Shown here: one piece after another, positions 21,254-30,843 of the stretch
How positions within the stretch are numbered: position 1 is the stretch's first letter
How the letters are laid out: each line of letters starts with the position of its first letter
Source of the DNA: a virus
Taxonomy: Duplodnaviria > Caudoviricetes
Virus record (IMG/VR): IMGVR_UViG_3300012983_000039
Location: 1-64,000 of that record
DNA length: 64,000 nt
Strand: one strand, 5' to 3'
Notes under the pieces: generated by a model
Databases searched by the model: none
The model's input: the letters and a program-made list of their open reading frames with translations, nothing else
What the model was told of the DNA's origin: nothing
Translations under genes and position numbers: made by a program

Positions 21254-22258
21254 ATGAAAGATATAGAAAAAACTCAACATTTTTCAAAAGAAGCTTTATT
21301 AATTGATGGATTAGTAGAATATATTCCAACCGATGCTATTTTAATTGAGCCTTTTTATGGTAATGGCGACCTAGCCCAAAATTCAAAGCGCTCGTTTTCT
21401 GAATATTATGATTTACTTTTTAAAGAAGGAGAACATTATAGAGATACTTTAAAAAATCCGCCTGACTATAAAAATAAATGGGTAATTACCAATCCGCCCT
21501 ATTTAGCAAAAAATAAAGCTAAAGATAAAAGTTATTTCGTTAATAGTAAGTATGACGATTTATATAAAATTGCTATTTCTACTTTACTTGAAAGCGAAGG
21601 TGGAATTTTAATAATCCCAATTAACTTTTTTGCTGACGAGCGTTCCAAAAATATTCGACAAGTCTTTTTTAAAAACTTTATTATCAAAAGATTAAACATT
21701 TATTTAGACTCTATGTTTGATAATACAAATTATAATGTTTGTTCTTTCTTCTTTGAGAGAGGAACTTCAAAAAATATCTCTATACCGACATACATATATG
21801 AAAATTCAACTATAACTAATACCATAATAAATTTAAATCAAGATTTCGATTACCGATTGGGCGGAGATTTCTTCCATTTATTGAAATCCAATAAACCTCT
21901 TTTTTCTCGAATTACTATTAATAAACCACAAAACGCAACTAACATTTCTGTAGTCTGTATTGACAAGACAAATGAACCTCTACATTTTTATTATACGGAA
22001 GAACCTTATTTTGGTAAAGATAGTGATAGAAATATAGCTACTTTATCTTATAATGGAGTTTTAACAGAAGAACAACAGAAAAAAATTATAGAAAAATCAA
22101 ATGAGATTATAAACTCTTTTAGAAAAGAAACCTTTAATTTATGTTTAACGAACTATAGAGATCGTAGTAGAAAGAGAATAGGATTTATGGAAGCTTATCA
22201 AGTAGCAACATTAGCTTTTAATGAAATAATAAATGCTGTGCCGGCACAGCAAACTTGA
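21254..22258 (+). CDS. DNA amino-methyltransferase (N6-adenine type)
   Basis: Motif I IEPFYGNGDL, motif IV TNPPY, DDLYK, IIP.NF. Confidence 0.8.
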   Translation: MKDIEKTQHFSKEALLIDGLVEYIPTDAILIEPFYGNGDLAQNSKRSFSEYYDLLFKEGEHYRDTLKNPPDYKNKWVITNPPYLAKNKAKDKSYFVNSKYDDLYKIAISTLLESEGGILIIPINFFADERSKNIRQVFFKNFIIKRLNIYLDSMFDNTNYNVCSFFFERGTSKNISIPTYIYENSTITNTIINLNQDFDYRLGGDFFHLLKSNKPLFSRITINKPQNATNISVVCIDKTNEPLHFYYTEEPYFGKDSDRNIATLSYNGVLTEEQQKKIIEKSNEIINSFRKETFNLCLTNYRDRSRKRIGFMEAYQVATLAFNEIINAVPAQQT

Positions 22259-22283
22259 CTTTTTTAAAAAAATATGTTAAAAT
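22234..22283 (+). promoter_or_regulatory. 18-bp perfect palindrome immediately upstream of a promoter
   Basis: TGCTGTGCCGGCACAGCA (22234-22251); TTGACT(22255)-17-TAAAAT(22278) with TG. Confidence 0.65.
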
Positions 22284-22322
22284 ATTAATAGAAACTTAAA
22301 AAAAGAAAGAAAAGGTGATTTT

Positions 22323-23078
22323 ATGGACGCTATGGAAATAAGTTTTATGCCTAAGAAAAAGAAAGCGGTTTCAGAAATAACGCCAGATATAATTAGAGAT
22401 ATAAACCGAATTTATCGAGAAACTCTTAATAAAACTGAAACTGCTCGCCGCCTCAACATAACAACATATTTAGTATCTAAATACTTAACCGATGAAAATA
22501 AAAGCTTAAAACAGTCTAAAGCAAAAATTACAGATGAAGTTAAACAGCAAATTAATGAAATTTATCAGCAAACAAGAAACAAAACAGAAGTAAGCCGACA
22601 GTTGGGAATAAGTTTTTCAACTGTTGAAAATTATTTAACAGATGAATCAAGAGCATTGGTAGAATCAGAGTGGGACGACAGAGATGCTCTATGGTATTAC
22701 ATTTATCGTTTATTTGGACAAGTTTCGGAAACTAATCCAGTAAGCACTTGGAATATAACTCAAATGAATAAATTCAAAGCTCAAGGAATGAGTTATAGAG
22801 GACAGCTTTTAACTTTAAAATATTTTTATGAAGTTAAAAAAGGTTCTATAGAAAGAAGCAAAGGAAGTATTGGTATTATTCCTTATATTTGGGACGAATC
22901 GAAAGCCTATTATTTAAAACTTGGAGAAAAACAGCAAGAAGTCGCTGACGCAATAAAAGCTCAACTTGAAAAAGATAGAGTAGAAATAAAATATACTCCT
23001 TCAAGTTATATGAAAAAAAGAAAAAAGAAAAAGCAGGAAATTGATATTTCAAAAATAAAGGAAGAGGAAGATAAATGA
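22323..23078 (+). CDS. tandem-HTH DNA-binding protein preceding the helicase
   Basis: Two ~48-aa repeats IT....IN.IY..T.NKTE..R.L.I....V..YLTDE. Confidence 0.6.
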   Translation: MDAMEISFMPKKKKAVSEITPDIIRDINRIYRETLNKTETARRLNITTYLVSKYLTDENKSLKQSKAKITDEVKQQINEIYQQTRNKTEVSRQLGISFSTVENYLTDESRALVESEWDDRDALWYYIYRLFGQVSETNPVSTWNITQMNKFKAQGMSYRGQLLTLKYFYEVKKGSIERSKGSIGIIPYIWDESKAYYLKLGEKQQEVADAIKAQLEKDRVEIKYTPSSYMKKRKKKKQEIDISKIKEEEDK

Positions 23079-26000
23079 TAGAAGTAGATAGACCCACAAT
23101 TATCCAAATTTTCGGGGCTTTAATGAAAGCCCCTAATCTACTTTCTGATATTGACAAATATCAGTTAGATATGGAGTCTTTTAATAGACCATTAGACCGT
23201 TTTATTTTTTCAGCTATTTACAATCTTTATGTCAATGGAGCTGAAAGAATAACAACAGTAGATATTGTAAATTATTTAACTCCTAATACTTATGCTTCAA
23301 ATCTTATTGAAAAAGAAAACGGAATTGTTTTTCTTCAAGACTGTGAAACTTTAGTAGAAAAATCAAACTTTGATTATTACTATAATAAATTTAAAAAAAT
23401 TAACTTAGTAAGAGAACTACAGCTTGCTAAAAATGATGTTGATAAAATTTATTCAGACGATCCATTGCGAGATGATAGTCAAGTAATCAATGCGAACTTT
23501 GAAAAAATGAGTTCGCAGGATATTTTAAATTTATTTAAAGGTAAATTAGAAGTCTTGGAGAAACGCTACGTTATTAATAATGTAGTAGAAGAAAGTAGTC
23601 CCGCTGCCTCAATAAGACAAAAGCTTAAAGATTGGAAGAAAGAACCAGAAGTTGGTTGTAGGCTTCAGGGAGATATTTTTAATACAATAACGAGAGGCGG
23701 CAGAAGAGGAAAACTTTATTTAAGGTCTGCGGGAAGCGGCGTGGGCAAGTGCGTCCCCAATTATACTAAAGTTCCAACTCCAAAAGGTTGGACAACAGTT
23801 GGAGAAGTTAAAGTGGGGGATTATCTATTTGATAGATTAGGTAATCCAACTAAGGTTTTAGCAATATATCCTCAAAAAGAAAAGAAACAAATTTATAAGG
23901 TTTACTTTAAAAGTGGACGAGTTGCTGAATGCTGTAATGAACATTTATGGAGCTATTATAGTAATAAAAACGATAAAAATCCAAATAAATTAATTACTTC
24001 AACTTTACAGGAAATAATTGATAACCCGAAAGGACTTAAGGATAATAAAGGAGCTTATCGTTGGAGTATTCCAATTTGTGAGCCAGTTCAATATAAAGAA
24101 AAAGAATATTCCGTTGATCCATATGTAATGGGATTAATTTTAGGAGATGGAAGTTTTAGATATCAAGATAATAATAAGAGTTTTTCTTTTAGTTCAAGTG
24201 ATGAGGAATTGGTTAATTATATTAAAGAAAAAATGAATTATGATTTGTATAAAAAATATAAAGGAAATAATTACTCTTGGTATTTTGAATCAAATTTTAA
24301 AACTCATAAAAATGTTTGGGTAGAAGATATTTTAAAAGACTATCCTGAACTTTGGAATAAAAAAAGTGAAGATAAATTTATTCCGCAAGAATTTTTATTT
24401 GGCTCTATAGAACAGCGTTTTAATTTACTTGCTGGGCTTCTTGATACAGATGGAACAATAGACAAAAAAGGGAGAGTTAATTTTACTACGATTAGTCCAA
24501 AATTAAGAGATAATATTATTGAACTTTGCGAATCTTTAGGTATGACTTGTTCATGTGTGGTTGATAAAAGAAGTGAAAAATATACAACCAATGAATGCTA
24601 TAACATTAATATTAAAACAACCCAAGAAAACAAAGTAAAAATGTTTAAACTTACAAGAAAATTAAATATTGCTCATAATTATTTAAACAATAATAAGAAA
24701 AAAGAGCGTAAAGATAGAGACTCTATCATAAAAATCGAACCCACTAATAATTATGTTGATATGACTTGTTTTTATGTAGATAATGAAGAACATTTGTTCT
24801 TAATGAACAATTTTATTTGCTCTCACAACACTAGGTCAATGGTTGGTGATGCCTGCAATCTAGCTTATCCAGAACGATATAATCCTCAAACTGGAGAGTG
24901 GATACAAAACCCATCTACTGAAAAAGTTTTGTATATAATGACAGAGCAAGACACAGAAGAAATTGATACAATGATAATGGCTTATTTGACGGGTTATAAC
25001 GAAGAAGTTTTTACTTACGGAACTTTTGATGAAGATGACCCAATTATTCAAAGAGCAATAGAAATAATGGAACAAAATTCAGACAATATGAATTATGCTA
25101 GAATACCAGACCCTAGTAGTTCAGTTGTTAAAAATTTGATTAGGCGTAGATTTTTACAAGATGAAATTGAATATTATTTTTATGATTATATCTTTTCTTC
25201 ACCGGCTATGCTTAATGAGTATAGAGACTTAGGTATAAGAGAGGATGTTGCTCTTAGATTATTCACCACAGCTTTAAAAAATATTGCTGTTGAGCTTAAT
25301 ATATTTTTATTAACAGCAACTCAGATATCTAACGATGATGAAAATAAAAATGGTGGTTTTCGAGATTTTCGTAATATTAGAGGTCAATTTTGGGCCTTAA
25401 TATACTTTTTCCTATTTTATTAATAGGGGTTGATTTTTAATCAGCTAACGGGGAAGCCTAATTTATTATAAACGGCAATCCCGTGGGAATTAAATCCTGT
25501 ATCGACTATCCCTTAAGTTGAAATGCTGGGGAGTAGGGACACTATTAATACGTGTCTTGGTTTTAGGAAACGAAGCCAGTGAGAACCGAAATGGGTATAG
25601 TGTTTAATTTTAAACATTAAAAGATAGTCAGTGCCTTATGGAAACATAAGGAATTCATGTCAAGAGCAATAGTTGATCTAGTTGACTTTGCCGCAATAAT
25701 GTCTCGACCATCGGTTGAGGAACTTAATACTATAGCAAAATATTCAAAAGAATTTTTTGTTCAACCAAACTTAATTACAGATATTTTTAAAAATCGTAGA
25801 GGACGTTGGAATATGGTAAGAGTTTGGTCTTATTGGGACGCCGGCACGTGTAGAAAGCAAGATTTATTTATTACAGACTCTAGGTTAGAACCTTTAAAAG
25901 ATTTTACAGTTTTTAATTTTATAACAGATAAAGAAGATGAACAACGAAATGAAGCTGAAATTAATGTAGTGCCGGCACAGCATCAAAAAATTGATGTTAA

Positions 26001-26118
26001 TTCCTATTCTTATGAAATAGAAGCTGATATTACACCAGATATGATACAAGATGCCTTCGCAATGTCAGAACAAAAACTAAAAGAATTAATAGAGAAAGAT
26101 TGGGGTGAACTTATATAA
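23075..26118 (+). CDS. dnaB: DnaB-like replicative helicase, spliced join(23075..25384,25660..26118), with intein
   Basis: Walker A GSGVGK|intein|TR, FYDYI, ATQIS, splice restores IRG|SRAIVDLVD, KNRRG. Confidence 0.9.
23750..24829 (+). mobile_element. intein (360 aa) with LAGLIDADG endonuclease in the DnaB Walker A motif
   Basis: Starts CVPNY, ends SHN followed by Thr; GLILGDG and LAGLLDTDG blocks. Confidence 0.93.
25385..25659 (+). mobile_element. group I intron in dnaB (275 nt, no ORF)
   Basis: P1 AGGU/GCCU; GCUAACGGGGAA..AAUCCCGUG; UAUCGACUA/AAGAUAGUCA; P9 CCUUAUG-GAAA-CAUAAGG; terminal G. Confidence 0.9.
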
Positions 26119-27185
26119 ATAAAATAGATTTAAAAAGTTTACAAGAAAATTTAAGCCCTCAAAGAGTTATTGAGTTAGTTTTAGAGTTAGGTAGTGATGG
26201 TTATATAGATAAGCAAGATTATATAATCTTTAAAACAATTTGTCATAATAAAAATGCTGAAGATGCTTCTTATAAACTCTATTACTATAAAAATTCTCAT
26301 AATTTTGTTTGCTATACAGATTGCGGCGACACCTTTAATATTTTTGAACTCTTTAAAAGACGATATGAAATACTAGAAATTTCATATAATTTTTATAAAG
26401 ATATTGTATTAAAAATAGCTGGAACATCATATAGCAAATATTTAATTAACCAAGATGGATTTTTAAATCCGTATGAAAGTAATTCTTATCTTTTTCAAAA
26501 ACAAAAAGCTAATATAGAATATAAAATTTATAACGATTGTGTCTTAAATTGTTTTACTTTTAATCCTAGACCAGAATGGTTAGAAGATGGAATAAGTGAG
26601 GCGGCGATGAGAAAATTTAATATTTTGTTTTCTTCTGCTCAAAATAAAATAATAATTCCACATTATGATATTAACTCTAATCTTATCGGTATTAGAGGGC
26701 GTGCCTTAAATGAAGAAGATATTTTAATAGGTAAATATATGCCTATTGAAATTGAAGGAACAATTTACTCTCACCCCTTGAGTTATAATCTTTATGGGCT
26801 TAATGTGGTTAAGGATAATATCTCTAAACTTAAAATGGCAATTATTGCCGAGGGAGAAAAAAGTTCACTTCAATCAGAAACAATGTTTGGAGATAAAAAT
26901 GTATGTGTCGCCGCCTGTGGTAGTAATATTCACAAACATCAGTTAGATTTATTAAAACAATTAAAAGTAGAAAAAGTTTTAATAGCTTTTGATAACGAAG
27001 GAAAGAAAAATAATAAGGAGAGAGAAAAATATTTTAATAAATTATTTCTCATATGTAAAAAATATAGTAATATGTTTAAAATGGGTTTTATTTTTGATAC
27101 TAAATATTTAAAAGACAAAGAAAGCCCTTTTGATAGAGGAAAAGAAACTTTTTTAAAAATTTATAAGGAGGCAGTTTGGGTTTGA
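26115..27185 (+). CDS. dnaG: DNA primase (zinc-binding plus TOPRIM), probable ATA start, about 356 aa
   Basis: Frame is open from TGA 26106 to the ATG at 26607 and encodes ICHN..CYTDC zinc ribbon; IRGR, LYGL, AEGEKS, AFDNE. Confidence 0.85.
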   Translation: MNKIDLKSLQENLSPQRVIELVLELGSDGYIDKQDYIIFKTICHNKNAEDASYKLYYYKNSHNFVCYTDCGDTFNIFELFKRRYEILEISYNFYKDIVLKIAGTSYSKYLINQDGFLNPYESNSYLFQKQKANIEYKIYNDCVLNCFTFNPRPEWLEDGISEAAMRKFNILFSSAQNKIIIPHYDINSNLIGIRGRALNEEDILIGKYMPIEIEGTIYSHPLSYNLYGLNVVKDNISKLKMAIIAEGEKSSLQSETMFGDKNVCVAACGSNIHKHQLDLLKQLKVEKVLIAFDNEGKKNNKEREKYFNKLFLICKKYSNMFKMGFIFDTKYLKDKESPFDRGKETFLKIYKEAVWV

Positions 27186-29696
27186 AGTATATTCAGAAAA
27201 CGTCAAAAAAGATTACTTCTAATTTTTTAGAAGAACTTTTAATTGACAGAGGTATTTTGAGAAACGAGGTGGAGTTTAAGGTTAACTTTTTTAAGCCATC
27301 AAAAGAAAATTTAGAGGATTTTCGACATCTTGATAATATAGAAGAAGGAGCGGATTTACTCGAAAAGCATATTTTTAATGGAAGTAAAATTTATTTAGTA
27401 GTGGATTGAATGCTTGGGTTCACTTTAAATTCCTTAAATTGCGGGGACACCCTTAGAGCCTTAATAACCAAACATTAACAGCGATGTTAATGCGGCGGCT
27501 AGTAACGGAGTCGGTATGGTAAAATCATTAAGGATTGGGCAATCAAGCGCATCGAAATTTCTCTCTGAGAAAGACGTTCAACGACTATAATAGGAACATC
27601 AAAAAAACGATGAAGGTATAGTCTACTCCCTATCTGAAATTTTATAAAATCTATCCATTAATTTTACCTCTACTTATGAAATGGTTTGTTGGTTAAAAGA
27701 CATATTCGGTTTTGGTTCTATAGTAAAAGAAAAACGCCGAGAAAAAATATATTATTTTAATTTTGGTGGTAATAAACAAATTGAACTTTTTTATCATTTA
27801 TTATATGATAACGCGACAGTCTGGATGGATAGAAAATATAATAAATTTCAAGATTTTTTTAAATACGTCGAAAGACGGGGTATAAAAGCCAGATATGGAC
27901 GGCTTCACAAGTAGTGCCATTCTATACAACTATTTAAGGCAAAACTATATCGACTATAATTTTGAACTTTCATATCATATTCCAGAAGGAAAAGAACACG
28001 GTTTGGAAGTTCTAATGCCACTTCTTCAAAAAGAAAAAATATGTGATTTAATTATATGTCCAGACTCATCTTCTAATGATGAAGAGTTCCATAAAATTCT
28101 GAGTGAAATGGGCTATGAAATTTTGGTTATTGATCACCATTTAGCTTCGGGATATAGTCCTTATGCTACAGTAATCAACAACCAACTTTCAGAAAAATAT
28201 CAGAATAAAGAATTATCTGGTGTAGGAGTTGTATATAAATTACTCCAATTACTTGATGAAAGAAACGATACACGAGACGCAGATAATTATTTAGATTTGG
28301 TTGCCGCTGGCATATGCGCGGATATGTGTCCTCTTTTAACTTTGGAAAATCGCTTTATTTCAGAGTATGGTTTTTCTCATTTATATAATAGTGGATTAAG
28401 AGAATTAATTAAATATCAAGCTTATTCAATTTTAGGTGTGGCGGCAAGTGAGATAACAGATTGGAGTGAAGTTAAGGTTAATCCAATTGATATTTCTTTT
28501 TATATAGCTCCTTTGGTAAATGCTTTAATAAGAGTAGGCACTACAAAAGATAAAGAAACTTTGTTTGAAGCTTTTATTAATGGAAGGAAATTGGTTGACT
28601 CAACAAAAAGAGGACATAAAGGAGAATTGGAATCTATTGCCGAACAAAACGCAAGAAATTGTGCTAATGCTAGAGCCAGACAAAATAAGGAAAAAGAAAA
28701 AGCTACAGAATTACTCGATATCCAGATTTTTAATGATAATTTAGATGAAAATAAAATTCTTATATTAAATGCTGACGAGCTGGAAACTCCTAATACTTTA
28801 ACTGGACTATGTGCCATGAATGTTGCGGCGAAATATAAAAAGCCAATTTTGTTAGGAAGGACTACACCAGATGGACAGTATCTTAAAGGTTCTATGAGAG
28901 GACAGAATGGTTCGGAACTAAAAGATTTTAGAAAATTTTTGTTAGATAGCGGATATATGGACTACGTTGAGGGTTAACACCATGGCCCGAAAATACTTTT
29001 ACCATTAATCAATGGGGTCGAAAAAAATTCGGCTAACGAGGAAAGCTAAGTCTAAAGGATATGCTAATCTCGTGGGAAAATTAAACCTGTAAAGACTATT
29101 CTCTTTGAGAAGTACAACTACTATTGATACGTAGTTGGAAACGGGTATTCTATCAGTTAGATAGTAAGAAATAGTCTGTACCATTGGAAACAATGGACTA
29201 TACACATGCTAATGCTTCGGGTTTTAGTCTAAAAATTTCAGACATACCTAAGCTCTATGATTATGCTAATAAACAACTCGCTAATATTAATTTTAACGAA
29301 GGTTTTTACGAAGTTGATTTTATAGTTAATAACAATTGTCCATATTTAAAAGATTTAATTTTTGAACTAGATAAAGGTAAGTCAATTTATGGACAAGATT
29401 GTGATGAGCCACTTATTGTAGTAGAAAATATATCTGTTGCGCCGGCTAACATATCTTTTATAGGAACTAATAAAGATACTCTTAAAATTTCAAGTGGAGA
29501 TATGACCTTTATTAAATTTAAGGCAAAAGAATTAATAGAACAACTTCAAGATTTGTTAAAAAGTTTAAAATCAACTGATAAAATTAGCTTTACAATAATA
29601 GGAAAAGGAAATATTAATACTTGGTGCGGCAGAAAGACAGCTCAAATTTTTATAGAGAGTTTAAAATTTGAAAAGGTTAATAAATATACATTTTAA
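27182..29696 (+). CDS. recJ: RecJ-like DHH exonuclease, spliced join(27182..27406,27889..28974,29205..29696), about 600 aa
   Basis: Splices restore VVD|PDMDGFTS and VEG|HANASG; EHG, IDHH, LSGVGV, GSMRG. Confidence 0.88.
27407..27888 (+). mobile_element. group I intron 1 in recJ with a degenerate LAGLIDADG C-terminal remnant (27681..27914 frame)
   Basis: P1 GUGGAU/GUUCAC; AAAUUGCGGGGA, UUCAACGACUA, AAGGUAUAGUCU; terminal G; remnant ..LYDNATVWMDRKY. Confidence 0.88.
28975..29204 (+). mobile_element. group I intron 2 in recJ (230 nt), terminal nucleotide A
   Basis: P1 GGGU/GCCC; P10 CAUG/CAUG; core close to the nrdD intron; P9.0 GUA/UAC then A. Confidence 0.87.
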
Positions 29697-29708
29697 GGAG
29701 GATTTATA

Positions 29709-29897
29709 ATGGGAGAAATAATGAAGAGAACAGAAGAAATAAGAGTTGAAACAGAAGAAGAAGCAATGGCACTTATTGAAAGTTTTAAGGAAAAATCTAA
29801 GACTGAGGGATATGAAATTGTTTCTTATTGTTCAACACATAAAGTAAAAAAAGATGATGATTTTTATATTGTTAAAATTATTATGAAATGGTGCTAA
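29709..29897 (+). CDS. hypothetical protein
   Basis: 62-aa ORF with AAGGAGG RBS. Confidence 0.65.
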   Translation: MGEIMKRTEEIRVETEEEAMALIESFKEKSKTEGYEIVSYCSTHKVKKDDDFYIVKIIMKWC

Positions 29898-29904
29898 TTT
29901 ATTG

Positions 29905-29951
29905 AAGTCAAGAGTTTAACTCTTGACTTTTTTTATGAATTATGATATAAT
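29905..29951 (+). promoter_or_regulatory. fused terminator hairpin / promoter
   Basis: AAGTCAAGAG..CTCTTGACTT plus T-run; TTGACT(29923)-17-TATAAT(29946) with TG. Confidence 0.78.
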
Positions 29952-29979
29952 TATATTATAAAATAAAAGAGGTGAGAAA

Positions 29980-30843
29980 ATGGCAAAAAGAAAAGAGTTA
30001 AATGAATATTATCGTAATAAGTTTGGAAAAGATTTTTCAAGTTCAACTCTTAGTAAATGGGGCAAAGAAGGGAAGATTAGGCGAGAAATCCTGCCAAATA
30101 AAACTTATGATTGGAATTTTGAAGATTTTAAGAATATTGTTGATTCAGAACAATATTATAAAAAATTAAAAGCAAGGAAACAAAAGCCACAAGATTTTAT
30201 TGGAAAAACAAAAGGATATTTATATATCAAAGGGATTGTACCCGTGGAAGAACGGAATCAAGAATATCTTGGAACAATGATGTATTGCGATTGTTTAAGA
30301 TGTGGAAAGAAGAATATTCAAGTTAGATTCACATACTTGTCTGATAATGGAAATTATCATCAATATGGCTGTGGATGTGAGAGAAAAGAAAGAGCTTTTT
30401 TAGCCAGTGCAAGAAAAGGACTAACATCAGAACTATTATTTTCTTATAAAGACGATTTTGAAAAGTTTCTTTTTATTCATAAAGCATTGGTGGGAAATAC
30501 AGACAAATATTATACAACTTGTGCAATTGAAGAATATATACAGACAATAGATTATTTTTATAACAATGAACAATTTAACCAATTATATCTTTTTTTGGGA
30601 AAAAATAAAAAAGAGAACACTTTTTATGACTGGGGTAAACCAAGCTTAGACCATATAATCCCTAAATCAAAAGGTGGCGGACATAATAAAGAGAATTTAC
30701 AATTTTTAACTGTTTTTGAAAATTTAGCAAAAAGAAATATGACATGGGCTGAGTGGGAAAATTTTAAAGAAAAAACACATATAACGTCAGATTATTTTAT
30801 CGAAAATATTATTACGAAGAAGGGAGGGGTGGATTATGAATAA
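29980..30843 (+). CDS. free-standing HNH homing endonuclease
   Basis: SLDHIIPKSKGG...NLQ....EN..K; CDC.RCG..GCGC. Confidence 0.8.
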   Translation: MAKRKELNEYYRNKFGKDFSSSTLSKWGKEGKIRREILPNKTYDWNFEDFKNIVDSEQYYKKLKARKQKPQDFIGKTKGYLYIKGIVPVEERNQEYLGTMMYCDCLRCGKKNIQVRFTYLSDNGNYHQYGCGCERKERAFLASARKGLTSELLFSYKDDFEKFLFIHKALVGNTDKYYTTCAIEEYIQTIDYFYNNEQFNQLYLFLGKNKKENTFYDWGKPSLDHIIPKSKGGGHNKENLQFLTVFENLAKRNMTWAEWENFKEKTHITSDYFIENIITKKGGVDYE

